Assembly (NCBI GenBank): GCA_019358915.1
Contig: JAHHIM010000002.1
Location: forward strand, 64,001 to 128,000
Source of the DNA: Trichormus sp. ATA11-4-KO1
GTDB lineage: Bacteria > Cyanobacteriota > Cyanobacteriia > Cyanobacteriales > Nostocaceae
Direction: 5' to 3'
DNA: 64,000 nt
A program made the position numbers and the translations under genes. Below are positions 23,239 through 33,785 of the stretch, piece after piece (the first letter of the stretch is position 1; each line of letters begins with the position of its first letter). The notes beneath the pieces are model-generated. The model was given only the letters and a program-made list of their open reading frames with translations. It was not told the origin of the DNA and made no database searches.

Positions 23239-23414
23239 TTTTGGGTTGCGCTAAGTAACGATTTGTTGGAGAAGCTTTAACTTTTATTTACTTAAACTTT
23301 ACTCGGTTCCCGCCCAAGAGTATGATGACTTGCTAGTTATGCAAATAAAGACTGTACAAGCCGCTTCGTTTTGTACAAAAAACTTTTTGTTTTGTAATAA
23401 AAGGAAACAACTCC

Positions 23415-23909
23415 ATGAGACGATTGTTTGCTTTGATTTTAGCGATTTGTCTTTGGTCCAATTTTGCCCCCCCAGCACAAGCGCTTGGGGCTAATCTTGT
23501 ACCCTGTAAAGACTCTCCCGCCTTTCAAGAGCTAGCAAAAAATGCCCGTAACACCACTGCTGATCCCGAATCAGGGAAAAAGCGGTTTGAGCGTTATTCC
23601 CAAGCACTGTGTGGTCCTGAAGGTTACCCTCACTTAATTGTTGATGGTCGCCTGGATCGCGCCGGTGACTTCCTGATTCCTAGCATTCTTTTCTTGTATA
23701 TTGCTGGTTGGATTGGTTGGGTAGGTCGTGCCTACCTGCAAGCAATCAAAAAGGCATCAGACACCGAACAAAAAGAAATCCAAATCGATCTTGGTTTGGC
23801 ACTACCCATCATCACCACAGGCTTTGCTTGGCCTGCGGCAGCGCTTAAAGAACTCCTTTCAGGCGAATTAACCGCTAAAGATTCAGAAATCACTGTTTCT
23901 CCTCGCTAA
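23415..23909 (+). CDS. psaF: Photosystem I subunit III
   Basis: [43 protein letters not shown]. Confidence 0.98.
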   Translation: MRRLFALILAICLWSNFAPPAQALGANLVPCKDSPAFQELAKNARNTTADPESGKKRFERYSQALCGPEGYPHLIVDGRLDRAGDFLIPSILFLYIAGWIGWVGRAYLQAIKKASDTEQKEIQIDLGLALPIITTGFAWPAAALKELLSGELTAKDSEITVSPR

Positions 23910-23948
23910 TTCAGCCTAACTCATTCATTTGTTTTGGAGACTAAATTT

Positions 23949-24098
23949 ATGGCAGACAAAAGCGACCAATCGTCGTATTTAGTTACATTTCTTTCCACTG
24001 CACCAGTGGCAGCTACTATCTGGCTGACAATCACAGCCGGGATTTTGATTGAATTCAACCGCTTTTTTCCTGACTTACTTTTCCACCCACTTCCATAA
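23949..24098 (+). CDS. psaJ: Photosystem I subunit IX (not in ORF track)
   Basis: Hand translation [56 protein letters not shown] upstream. Confidence 0.97.
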   Translation: MADKSDQSSYLVTFLSTAPVAATIWLTITAGILIEFNRFFPDLLFHPLP

Positions 24099-24193
24099 GT
24101 GGAAAATGCAATTTCATGCCTAAAATTGAGTGGTTATTTGACTTTGCCTATTTAGGTTAAAGTATTAATCAAATAGGCATAAAACATATTTTT

Positions 24194-24230
24194 TGAAACT
24201 CGTAATGCTATAAATAGCTTGCGAGTTTCA
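24194..24230 (+). terminator. Stem-loop after psaJ
   Basis: TGAAACTCG...GCTA-TAAA-TAGC...CGAGTTTCA inverted repeat. Confidence 0.5.
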
Positions 24231-24350
24231 TACTTTTAAAAGCAGGTAAATTAATTTTTCTAAACTTCCCAGTCAAAAAACATCTTTAGCTACAATTGTT
24301 ATTAATAATATAAAGATGTCACCATTCTAATTTAGAGGCGAACATAAAAT

Positions 24351-24872
24351 ATGGCGCAAGCAGTAGATTCATCAAAAAATCTCCCCAGCGATCCGCGAAA
24401 TCGGGAAGTTGTGGCTCCAGCAGGACGCGACCCCCAACAAGGTAACCTAGAAACTCCGGTTAATTCTTCTCCCTTAGTCAAGTGGTTCATTAACAACTTA
24501 CCCGCATATCGCCAGGGTCTTAATCCTTCCAGACGGGGGCTAGAAGTAGGCATGGCACATGGTTACTTGCTATTTGGCCCCTTCGCCAAATTAGGCCCAC
24601 TGCGGAATGCTGATAATGCTAATTTAGCCGGGTTGCTAGCAGCCATCGGCTTGGTTGTGATTCTCACTGCCTGCCTGTCCCTATATGCCAATAGCAATCC
24701 TGCCAAAGCACTTGCTAGTGTTACCGTACCCAACCCACCAGCAGACGCTTTTAACTCCAAAGAAAGCTGGAATAATTTTGCCAGTGCTTTCTTAATTGGT
24801 GGTATTGGTGGTGCAGTAGTTGCTTATTTCTTGACTACCAATTTGGGACTAATTCAAGGTCTAGTAGGTTAA
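24351..24872 (+). CDS. psaL: Photosystem I subunit XI
   Basis: GNLETPVNSS, NLPAYR, RRGLEVGMAHGY, GPLRN. Confidence 0.98.
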   Translation: MAQAVDSSKNLPSDPRNREVVAPAGRDPQQGNLETPVNSSPLVKWFINNLPAYRQGLNPSRRGLEVGMAHGYLLFGPFAKLGPLRNADNANLAGLLAAIGLVVILTACLSLYANSNPAKALASVTVPNPPADAFNSKESWNNFASAFLIGGIGGAVVAYFLTTNLGLIQGLVG

Positions 24873-25080
24873 TTGAATTTTTGGCTAATTGGGCATAGGG
24901 CATTGGTAATTGCTGATTGTTAATTATTTTTACTATTACCCATGCCCCATGCCCTATGTGCTATTGAGCATTACCAAGTTATTTGATGAAAATATACAAA
25001 AAAAGTAAAGATTTTTGCTTTTTTTGCGTGTTCCTTGGTGTTTGATGTTAAAAATGCTTGGTATGTCTCAAGAGTCTCAA

Positions 25081-25680
25081 CTATCCAAACAAAGTCACCT
25101 CAATCGCATTGAGGGCAGTTTCTAAATCGTCATTGATGATTTGAACATCAAATTCTTCTGCGGCTTGAATTTCTTCTTGGGCACGGCAAAGACGACGAGC
25201 GATCGCCTCTTCAGAGTCTTGGCCGCGACCACGTATCCGCTTTTCCAATTCATCAAGAGAAGGCGGTAAAATAAAAATGCTGAGAGCGCTAGGGAAGGAA
25301 GAGCGGATTTGCCTTGCCCCTTTTAGCTCAATTTCTAACACCACCAACTTGCCAGATCGAACTTGGTTAAGCACAGCTTCACGGGGGGTGCCGTAATAGT
25401 TACCAGCAAATTCTGCCCACTCTAAGAATTCACCTTGAGCAACTAATTGTTCAAACTTACTGCGACTAATAAAATAGTAATTTTTGCCGTTGATTTCTCC
25501 TGGACGGGGAGAACGAGTCGTCACGGATACAGAATAATACAGTTCCGGATGACGTTTTAATAGCGCTTGCATTAAAGTGCCTTTACCAACCCCACTAGGG
25601 CCAGTTAAAACAATCAGCCTACCTGGAGACGGGCATTCTTTGGTATTAGCACTACTCTGGGTGGGTAAAACTTGCATCAT
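25081..25680 (-). CDS. gmk: Guanylate kinase
   Basis: [24 protein letters not shown]. Confidence 0.96.
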   Translation of the reverse strand: MMQVLPTQSSANTKECPSPGRLIVLTGPSGVGKGTLMQALLKRHPELYYSVSVTTRSPRPGEINGKNYYFISRSKFEQLVAQGEFLEWAEFAGNYYGTPREAVLNQVRSGKLVVLEIELKGARQIRSSFPSALSIFILPPSLDELEKRIRGRGQDSEEAIARRLCRAQEEIQAAEEFDVQIINDDLETALNAIEVTLFG

Positions 25681-25857
25681 CCGTTTAACCTGTGAATTAA
25701 TCAATAGACATTATTTATTTAGCCGTTAGCTTTATTTTCGTTATCAGAGAAACCTTTGACGAACGAATTTGTAGCACTGGTGACAGAAAACTTGTCTAAT
25801 TCACATGGTACTGCCGATGTGGTGCAAATAGGGTATGGTTATTGACCTATACCTATA

Positions 25858-26127
25858 TTAATTATCTGCAACATGATGATGATCACGGGAAATCACGAAG
25901 CGATTTGCTACCGTTTCTGGTTGAATCGCTGAAAGAATTACGTGGCTGGAATCAGTGATAATTACAGCCCTAGTCCGACGACCGTAAGTTGCATCAACTA
26001 GCTGACCTCTGTCCCGCGCATCAGTAATAATCCGTTTAATCGGGGCAGACTCTGGACTAACAATGGCAACTACTCGGTTGGCAGACACAATGTTGCCAAA
26101 ACCGATGTTGATTAATTGTATTTCCAT
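25858..26127 (-). CDS. remA: RemA/DUF370 family protein
   Basis: [40 protein letters not shown]; classic remA-gmk linkage. Confidence 0.92.
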   Translation of the reverse strand: MEIQLINIGFGNIVSANRVVAIVSPESAPIKRIITDARDRGQLVDATYGRRTRAVIITDSSHVILSAIQPETVANRFVISRDHHHVADN

Positions 26128-26550
26128 AAAAAAACTAACACCAAATATGGTGTGACGAGAAGCGGTAAAGGTATTTATTCCCATGTTATCCCCAAAAAAT
26201 TGGAGTTACAACGCTTCACGTCTAGCCTGCCTTTGTTTTTAATTAGCAAATGCTTTCTTTAGCTGTTTATTGGCTAAATCTACTTAAAATCTTCCCAAAG
26301 ACACATGTCAAACCATACAAATACAATCTAATTAAAGGACAGCAATTCATCCCCTTGTTATCAGTAACTAATATTTTCATAAGTGATTACTTCTGCTGGT
26401 TGATTATGTGACTCATCCCAGAGGCGGCAAAGATGGTTATGTTTTAGAGACTATTCTAATCTCTTACTCTCTGCGCCTTTGCGCCTCTGCGTGAGGTAAA
26501 TTCATCCCATTAATCAGCAACGCCTTCTGATTCGGTGATCAAGTATTGAA

Positions 26551-28854
26551 TTATTTAGCGGTCTTCTTCAATTCTTGCCATCTTTGTCGCAGTCGATTCA
26601 AGTTAGGTGTATGACCACCATAACGCCAGCCCACATAAGCTTGACAAATTTCATCTATTAGCTGAGCCGTTGCTGGGGCATGATGCTGGTGTGATACTTT
26701 GGCATACTCTAGAGGTGTTTGGGCTGGATGTTTACTCAGACCTTTGACTGCTGCCCATTCCAGCATTTGCTGATACAGACTTTCCATCGGGGGCAATTTT
26801 TTCAACCAACGCCGCTTCAGCCATTCTTGCCACTGTCCCCAACCTAGCCAACCCAGAAAGGCCGTTGTTATTGCCAAGATTAAGCCAGTCAACACACCCA
26901 ACCAACCTTGAGAAAATAAAGCTAAAAACCAAGCGATCGCTCTGGTTAACCAGCTAAATATGATCCTAAATACATTATTTAGCAAACCTGTGACCGGCGA
27001 AGGTAACCACCCAGCTACCCATTGCCAAAACTGCCGGAGAACACTAAAAGTTTGAATATCCTCAATGGAAGGAGGAATCAAAGGATGATTGGGAATCGGG
27101 TCAAAAGCGAACCAGCCATATCTAGGGAAATACACTTCTGTCATCGCATAAGCATCTGTGTTGCGAACAACGTACATCCCTGTAAATGGATTAAACTGTC
27201 CCGCACTAAAACCAGCTACTAACCGCGCGGGGATGCCAATGGAACGCAGCATTACCGTCAGCACTGTCGAGAAGTGGTCTGGATAGCCGCCTTTATGCTT
27301 GAACAAAAAAGCTTCTACCAAGTCTTCTTCTGCACTCAAGTAAGGCAGTCCTAAAGGATTTTCGGGAATAGAGTAGTTTTGCTTGAGGTACTGAGCTAGA
27401 TATAACGCTTGTTCGTAAGGTGAATCTAAGGTTTTCGCAGACTGTGCTATCCGTTCTTGATTGTAGTTAGCGAGGATTTCTTGAGTGCGTTGCCGGACTT
27501 TTTCGCTAATTTCTGGAGGAACTTGTAAATAATAATTTTGAATATTGGGTGGATACTTAGTTGCAGCTTGTCCTAACAAAGTGCGATCGCGGTACGGTAC
27601 TTCCGAAACGACGGTATAGGTCAGACCTTCTGATAATCCCACAGGCGATCGCAAACCATTTTCCCGGTCAACAGCAATGATTGGTGTGGGATAATAAATT
27701 TCTTTAGGATGAGACAAAGCGGGAATCAGGTTAGGCAAATCCGACACCACTGTGTACGTTTGGACAATTTCTCTAGTGCGACCAGTAAAGATAGGTAACA
27801 ACAGGCGAATTTGATAAGACCAAGGCGATCGCCTGTGGGTGGTAACTTCCTCGTGGCGCGAAATCTCCCATCCTTTGCCGGTGTAGCGGTCAAATGCCAG
27901 CACCCGCCAAAAGCCCTCAATCTGCGATCGCACCCGCATAACTACTTTGGGGGTCATTTCTCCTCGCAGGTTTTGGTTAATTTGGCTATTAAAACCGTAA
28001 TAAAAGCTTTTATCTAAACTGCCTGGTTGACCTGCTTGGCTTTGTCCATTACCACTGCTACCGTTACCTTGATTATTCGCCTTGCCTTCGCGGACATAAC
28101 CAGGATTCACAATGCTACGACCTGTAAAATTATCCTGGACATTAATTGGGGCACTTACAGGAAAATTCCGCAGCTGATAGCCAGGGAAGCGTGGTAAAAC
28201 TGCAAAAATTGTCAGTCCTAGCCCGACAACCAGCAAAAAATTTAAAATTAAAAATTTAAAATTTAAAATTGCAGAATTTTGCTTAATTTTTAATTGTCGC
28301 AGTTCGAGTTGTGAGCGGTAGTTTAGTGCTAAAGTCGGCAAGGCGATCGCTAAAAATAACAGCAGCACTGGTGCAAAAGCTAGAGTTTGACTGAGTGTTG
28401 CTGCTACACCTAATAAAATCAATCCGATAACTATGGAATAGCCCAAGTCTTTACGCCGGGGCATATCAAAGCTATGCAGTACTTGCAGTTGAATTAATAA
28501 CTCTGCCAACGCTAACCGCGTATCATTCAATTCACCCAGCAATTGCCCAAAGAAAGCACCCAGTGCTATTAACATTCCCACAGCGATGCAAAACTTCACT
28601 GGAACATTGGTACTGCGGCGATGATAGTAACTCCAACCCACACCAACTATACTCAATGGCACCGCCCACAGACTAAATCCAGTCGCGGCAGCAATATCAG
28701 TTGCGACAACTCCCACGATGACTAACGCTAGTACTAGCACCCTTAAGGAAATTCCATCTTCCACTTCCATCGATGGCGATCTTTGGACATTTTGTCGCCA
28801 GTAACGGCCTACAGATAGAAGCCAAAACTGATTGATCCTGGATAAGTTAAACAT
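26551..28854 (-). CDS. Membrane transglutaminase-like protein (TgpA/DUF3488 + DUF4129 type)
   Basis: N-terminal TMs; GYPDHFSTVLTVMLRSIGIPARLVAGF (canonical GxCxH Cys replaced by Pro), GWFAFDP; QTPLEYA. Confidence 0.85.
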   Translation of the reverse strand: MFNLSRINQFWLLSVGRYWRQNVQRSPSMEVEDGISLRVLVLALVIVGVVATDIAAATGFSLWAVPLSIVGVGWSYYHRRSTNVPVKFCIAVGMLIALGAFFGQLLGELNDTRLALAELLIQLQVLHSFDMPRRKDLGYSIVIGLILLGVAATLSQTLAFAPVLLLFLAIALPTLALNYRSQLELRQLKIKQNSAILNFKFLILNFLLVVGLGLTIFAVLPRFPGYQLRNFPVSAPINVQDNFTGRSIVNPGYVREGKANNQGNGSSGNGQSQAGQPGSLDKSFYYGFNSQINQNLRGEMTPKVVMRVRSQIEGFWRVLAFDRYTGKGWEISRHEEVTTHRRSPWSYQIRLLLPIFTGRTREIVQTYTVVSDLPNLIPALSHPKEIYYPTPIIAVDRENGLRSPVGLSEGLTYTVVSEVPYRDRTLLGQAATKYPPNIQNYYLQVPPEISEKVRQRTQEILANYNQERIAQSAKTLDSPYEQALYLAQYLKQNYSIPENPLGLPYLSAEEDLVEAFLFKHKGGYPDHFSTVLTVMLRSIGIPARLVAGFSAGQFNPFTGMYVVRNTDAYAMTEVYFPRYGWFAFDPIPNHPLIPPSIEDIQTFSVLRQFWQWVAGWLPSPVTGLLNNVFRIIFSWLTRAIAWFLALFSQGWLGVLTGLILAITTAFLGWLGWGQWQEWLKRRWLKKLPPMESLYQQMLEWAAVKGLSKHPAQTPLEYAKVSHQHHAPATAQLIDEICQAYVGWRYGGHTPNLNRLRQRWQELKKTAK

Positions 28855-29037
28855 TGAGACTGTCAGCAAAGGGATGTTGTAGATGCCATAAACACAATGT
28901 TAAGGATGTAAACTGACTACCTTGCGCGCTCATTGACATTTTTCACGCGAATTCCTCTCAAGAAAACAGGAACTCCCCGAAGGTAGCCTTTGGGAGTTTT
29001 AGCATCTTATACATGTGTCATTTTTACTGTGGTTAAC

Positions 29038-29097
29038 GTAGAAGCCCTAATGACCGCTTGTTAAAAAGTAGAAGCCCTAATGACCTGTTGCTAAAAA
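29038..29097. repeat. 30-bp tandem duplication
   Basis: GTAGAAGCCCTAATGACC-gcttgt-TAAAAA then GTAGAAGCCCTAATGACC-tgttgc-TAAAAA. Confidence 0.85.
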
Positions 29098-29166
29098 CGG
29101 ATAAGGTTCAAAGCTACGATCATCATTTGATCTATCGGTGGATCAACCTCAAATTGGTCATTGCAG

Positions 29167-30147
29167 CTATATCGTGGGACTAATCACAAACAACAACGGC
29201 TGTTCGTCTAGCTCTGGAAACTCCACTTCCAGAGTATAAGTTGGGTTAACTTGATTGCAGTATAACTCAACACTCAAATCTCCCGGACTTGAAGACTTTG
29301 CCACTGCTTGATTGCCATTACCTTGCAGTTTCAAAATGCCTTGAGCGGGTAACTCACTCTGAACACGCAAATGTGTCATCTGACCCTGAGACTGATATTC
29401 TACCCTCAGCGTCAGCGTTCCTGAGCTAGTTAACCATTGTCTTTCTACCACTGGGTTGGTTGATGACACTGGTAAATTCAAATTATCTAGCAGTTGTTTC
29501 GCTGCCAGTAGTGATAATGCCATCTGTTGACGTGGTTGTAAATCTGAGTAATCGCTCTGGATCTGAGGCATTGCATTCAAAGTATCCACAGACCTATAGG
29601 TGCTTCTCAACACCAATCCAGCTAAATCATTGATGGTCTGGGAATCGTTGGGAAAAAAGCCTTCCACCACCTGAACTAATTTTGCCCCTAGAGGTAGTGA
29701 AGATGTGATCAACCCTTGACATTTTTCCAATAATTCTTGGAAAACTTTCTCTGGTAGGGGAATGGGCAGATTCAGCTTAGACTGCTGTGCCATCCATCCC
29801 CAACTGGGAGTTAAGGCTAGCGATCGCTCTTCCACACAATCTGGGTACTCTACTAATTGTGTCTCCCAAGGAAATAGAGGAGGGTGGTTTTCGACTTGAA
29901 TTTGTAACCGACGCTTGAGGACGGCTTGGAAACGTTCTTGCACAGTAGGAATTTCTCCCAATTGAAAGGTTTGGGGTATTCCTCCCAATTCTGGCTCGCC
30001 GCCTGTAAAGGCGGCTACTTCCTTGAGAGGGTGATTTTCCCCTTTGATGTCCTCACACTCTACCAATTTAGTCTCGTTGGTGTTAGCTTTATGTGCCAAC
30101 AACCAATCGAGTAAATCGTGTTGTAAGGATTCTGAGTCACTATTCAT
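29167..30147 (-). CDS. patU: Heterocyst patterning protein PatU (unsplit)
   Basis: Directly downstream of hetZ with ATGAATAG overlap; VQERFQAVLKRRL...PPLFPWE, QQMALSLLAA. Confidence 0.85.
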   Translation of the reverse strand: MNSDSESLQHDLLDWLLAHKANTNETKLVECEDIKGENHPLKEVAAFTGGEPELGGIPQTFQLGEIPTVQERFQAVLKRRLQIQVENHPPLFPWETQLVEYPDCVEERSLALTPSWGWMAQQSKLNLPIPLPEKVFQELLEKCQGLITSSLPLGAKLVQVVEGFFPNDSQTINDLAGLVLRSTYRSVDTLNAMPQIQSDYSDLQPRQQMALSLLAAKQLLDNLNLPVSSTNPVVERQWLTSSGTLTLRVEYQSQGQMTHLRVQSELPAQGILKLQGNGNQAVAKSSSPGDLSVELYCNQVNPTYTLEVEFPELDEQPLLFVISPTI

Positions 30148-31360
30148 GAGTAGATGCACCTGATCCGGACACTAAGGAGTTACGAATTTCCCATGCTTGT
30201 TCCAGAATCTTAAACCAGCGTTTTTGTAGTTGTGCTGTGGACAACCCTAAAGTTTTGGCAATTTTTTCATCTGGTTGTCCCTGTTGTTTCAATTCCAGTA
30301 ACGACCGTTGTTGATCATCTAACTGAGCTGTATAATCTTGCCATTGCTGGGGAGTTAAACCCAAATTAGTATGCAGTGAAGCTTCCAACCACTCATGAAC
30401 TAATTCCCAACGGTGTAATAAGGCAAACCGAATTAGATGATATTTAAAGCGTTGCTGTAAGTAGTCTCTCTGCCGGGGAGTTAAACCCAAAATCGACTCA
30501 ATTTCCTGTGTTGATAAATCCTGGAGGCGGAGGGAAAAATAATCTGCACAGTCAGATTGTTGCCGTTGTTCCAGGTAATCCATTAATTCCGTAATCACAA
30601 CAGAACGGAGAGTATCTTCTTCAGGTTCTGGTTCTGGTTGCATTGCCATTGCTGAACGCAACTGTTGTACTGCTGGTTCTTCCCAAGAACCATCAGCCTC
30701 ATTAGAGCTGCCTTCTGCGGCTTGTTCTATATCTACGCTGGTTTCCTGCGGTTGCTGTTGCGAAAAAGTTTGTGCCCGCAGGATAATCAGCTGTTGCTGA
30801 CGTCCTGGTAAGGGTATACGCCGCTTGCCATAACGTTCAGTGAATGCCATATACTCTGCTAATTCCAACAGAGTTTGGGGACGATAGGTGGGCCCCATTT
30901 GGTTTTCCCGTCGGAAAGCATTTAAAGCCTCCAGATAAAAACCCTGGAGAAAATCTTCAATAATGGTCAGCCGTCCTTGATAGCTCAACTGCCTTTGAGG
31001 AGGATTAATGTAGCGATAAATAATTGCACTGAGAGTACTGTGTAACTCTACCCTACCCCGGCTGGAACCTAACTGATAGTACCGAAGACACTGTTGTAGC
31101 CGATGTCTGGCTAGGGACATAGCCGAGCTTTCCACAGCACCGGAAGCTTGAATTCGTTTACTTTCGTTGCAAATCCGGTATACTTCGGTGGTAATTCGTC
31201 TTGCTACATCATGGCAATTCTGTTTTGCAGCTTTGGTTGACTCCTGAAGCTCCTGGCATAGGAGTTGAAATGTCCCCTCCACGCCAATAGAATTTTCTCC
31301 CTGAACTGTTGGGGTGGGAACTGTTGTGTTTGGAATTGTTGCGGTTGCGGCTGAATTCAT
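30140..31360 (-). CDS. hetZ: Heterocyst differentiation protein HetZ
   Basis: EVYRICNESKRI, YYQLGSSRGRVELHSTLSAIIYR, LAEYMAFTERY, LTPRQRDYLQQRFKY; C-terminal HTH. Confidence 0.93.
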   Translation of the reverse strand: MNSAATATIPNTTVPTPTVQGENSIGVEGTFQLLCQELQESTKAAKQNCHDVARRITTEVYRICNESKRIQASGAVESSAMSLARHRLQQCLRYYQLGSSRGRVELHSTLSAIIYRYINPPQRQLSYQGRLTIIEDFLQGFYLEALNAFRRENQMGPTYRPQTLLELAEYMAFTERYGKRRIPLPGRQQQLIILRAQTFSQQQPQETSVDIEQAAEGSSNEADGSWEEPAVQQLRSAMAMQPEPEPEEDTLRSVVITELMDYLEQRQQSDCADYFSLRLQDLSTQEIESILGLTPRQRDYLQQRFKYHLIRFALLHRWELVHEWLEASLHTNLGLTPQQWQDYTAQLDDQQRSLLELKQQGQPDEKIAKTLGLSTAQLQKRWFKILEQAWEIRNSLVSGSGASTHE

Positions 31361-31563
31361 AGTCTCGGTTTTCAAAAGACCCTAAAATACTTAAATACAA
31401 CCTGTACGACCGTGGGTATTGGCTTTTGGGATTTGCGTATAAGCTAAACGCAGGACAATCCAGCATTTAGGATGTGACTACTTTTATTGTTCCCAACTTT
31501 GATGGGATTGTTCACACTTGATAGATGTTTTTGCCATTACCCAGGAGCCGTTAACAAGTCATT

Positions 31564-32037
31564 ATGGATTTAAAAACACAAATTCAATTGCTGATTGATC
31601 ATGCACCCCGCGATGGCATAACACCACATCTTGTTTCAGCAATTGCTCCTGCTTTGATCGCGATCGCTAAGAAATTACGCCATTCCCAGTACTATGTTCT
31701 CCAAAATTCGGAGGAGAGTTGGGTTTTAACTACATTGAGCAATCGGGCAAATCCAGGACTGGAAAAGCGCGTCATCTACGCTTTTCCTACCATACAGGAT
31801 GTCTCCCTAATTTCACCTGCTGGGCTTGACCCTCAAATGCTAGCTAAAATTGTTCCTGTTACCCACATTTTGTTCCAACTGGTGGCATTAGAACCCGTAG
31901 ATAGTATCGTTTTTTTGGAGACGCCGGGTCAGACCACTCATACTTTTGAAGTGCAGCGATCGCAATTGCAAAATCTCTTGCAACAACAGATCAAACAACA
32001 GCAATCAGGTAAACAGATACCCCCAAATATTGCATAA
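31564..32037 (+). CDS. Conserved hypothetical protein divergent from hetZ
   Basis: 157-aa ORF with ATG start, ending IPPNIA. Confidence 0.8.
   Translation: MDLKTQIQLLIDHAPRDGITPHLVSAIAPALIAIAKKLRHSQYYVLQNSEESWVLTTLSNRANPGLEKRVIYAFPTIQDVSLISPAGLDPQMLAKIVPVTHILFQLVALEPVDSIVFLETPGQTTHTFEVQRSQLQNLLQQQIKQQQSGKQIPPNIA
31799..31838 (-). promoter_or_regulatory. HetR recognition site of the hetZ promoter
   Basis: Minus strand ATTTGAGGGTCAAGCCCAGCAGGTGAAATTAGGGAGACAT contains GGG-N5-CCC; nearly identical to the PCC 7120 hetZ HetR site as recalled; TATGGT -10-like box follows (31794-31789). Confidence 0.8.
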
Positions 32038-32045
32038 ATAAATTT

Positions 32046-32088
32046 TGGAGTGAGGATTTATTAGATACAACCTAAAATCCTCACTCCA
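32046..32088. terminator. Hairpin between convergent genes
   Basis: 14-bp IR TGGAGTGAGGATTT / AAATCCTCACTCCA. Confidence 0.65.
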
Positions 32089-32174
32089 TCTGGGAAAGTT
32101 TTTTTAAATTACGAAAACCCCGGCAGCAAAATTTCCGCAAAATTTTAAATTTTAAATTTAAAATCCCTAATTGG

Positions 32175-33146
32175 TTAACATAGCCGACTAAGTACGTAGT
32201 CAGCTATGTTAACCAATGCCTGCTGTGATTCGGAGGCTGGAAGAACAGCCAGATGATCAACCGCCAACTTGGCATGGTGAGCCGCTAATTCTCGCGCCTG
32301 CTGTATGCCTTGACTATCTTGAATTAACTCCAGTGCTTGCTCTACATCTCCTTCTTGGGCAAACTTCCGTTCAATTAGCGCTTCCAGGTATGGTTTTTCC
32401 TTTAAAGCAAACAATACAGGTGCAGTGAGATTACCGCTTTTGAGATCAGATCCGGCTGGTTTACCCAAAGTATCTGTTGTACTAGTGAAATCTAAAATAT
32501 CATCCATAACCTGAAATGCCAGACCTAGATGACGACCGTAGTTGTACAGATGTTCGGCAGTTTCTAAGGAAACGTCACTAAGTAACCCAGCTGCTTTGGA
32601 ACTGTTGGCAATTAACGAGGCTGCTTTGTAATAGCTCTTTTTTAGATAAGTTTCTATTGAGATGCCATGATCAAAACAATTTATTCCTTGCTGGATTTCT
32701 CCAGTTGCCAGATCCATAATCACTTCTGAGAGTAGTTTCACCACCTCCAAATTGTCCAAGTTTGCTAAATACCAGGACGATTGGGCGAAGAGAAAATCTC
32801 CTGCTAAGACAGCAACGCGATTACCGAACAGACTATGAACAGTAGGCACACCACGCCGCATTTGTGATTCATCTACCACATCGTCATGCACTAAGCTTGC
32901 TGTGTGAATCATTTCCGTAATTTCTGCTAGGCGGCGGTGACGCGGCGTAATGTCTTGTTCTAACATTGTGGCCCGCGATATCAGCAGAACAATTGCTGGC
33001 CTAATACGCTTTCCCCCAGCTCCGAATAGATGTTCGGCTGCCATAAAGAGAATGGGGTGGCGATTTCCAACTAACTGCTTGAGGTTATCTGCTAGTAGTC
33101 GCAGGTCTGCTTCCACAGGGGTAAACAGGGAGGTGGCTGGGGTCAT
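32175..33146 (-). CDS. sds: Solanesyl diphosphate synthase
   Basis: GGKRIRP, EMIHTASLVHDDVVD, AFQVMDDILD, LGKPAGSDL. Confidence 0.93.
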   Translation of the reverse strand: MTPATSLFTPVEADLRLLADNLKQLVGNRHPILFMAAEHLFGAGGKRIRPAIVLLISRATMLEQDITPRHRRLAEITEMIHTASLVHDDVVDESQMRRGVPTVHSLFGNRVAVLAGDFLFAQSSWYLANLDNLEVVKLLSEVIMDLATGEIQQGINCFDHGISIETYLKKSYYKAASLIANSSKAAGLLSDVSLETAEHLYNYGRHLGLAFQVMDDILDFTSTTDTLGKPAGSDLKSGNLTAPVLFALKEKPYLEALIERKFAQEGDVEQALELIQDSQGIQQARELAAHHAKLAVDHLAVLPASESQQALVNIADYVLSRLC

Positions 33147-33168
33147 GGATGGGCGGACTCTGGCTTAG

Positions 33169-33186
33169 GTTACGAAAGTTTACATA
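33169..33186 (+). promoter_or_regulatory. Candidate HLR1 (RpaB) site near the sds start
   Basis: GTTACGAA-AG-TTTACATA, one mismatch to HLR1. Confidence 0.4.
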
Positions 33187-33785
33187 TCCTATACTCATTT
33201 TAAGATAACCCAGTGCGAGCGTAAAATTTTGATTAGAGAATACTCGTCTATTCGCCGTTTGTTCTTCACACACAGTTAAGGATAAAGTCCTTGCAATCAC
33301 TGCTACAGCTATATTTTCTCCTGAGAAAAATCTTATGTTAATCAGGTCAACAATTTTTTGGTGGCTATCATCTGTTGTTGCACAAATTAAGAAAATAAAA
33401 CTTGCTTAAATACATTTGTATCTATTAATACTGCTTAATAAGTAGTATATCTATGGAAATACAAACATATGCTTGTTTTTGCCCAAAATTGATTTTTGAT
33501 AATAATTATTTATAGGTTTTGATAAGCACCTTACTTACGAAAAATCACTTTTAACTTAATATAATTTATACATAAGCTGTTTTTAGATAAGACTAAGTTC
33601 TCTCAGCTTAGTTTTTAGCCCTCTAGGAAATTTGAAATTTCGCTCCAAAGTTGGCTGAAAACTCAGGAGCATTGTGCTACGCTAAAATCTAGGGATTTTA
33701 AATTTTTCAGTTACTCATTCTCCAAAGGTAAGCCACCTTTAGGTAGTTTTACCTACATGGTTTTGAGGATCTAAAATAAGTCGTC

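Noticed and set aside
29038..29097. Possible mini CRISPR array
   Set aside because: Only two 18-bp repeats with 12-bp similar spacers; no cas genes
30164..30169. TCCGGA (DIF1-like) motif at the end of hetZ
   Set aside because: Encodes Ser-Gly, and the implied TSS would fall inside patU; a single hexamer is weak evidence
33418..33431. GTA-N8-TAC NtcA-like site upstream of sds
   Set aside because: Very AT-rich context with no correctly spaced -10; likely chance
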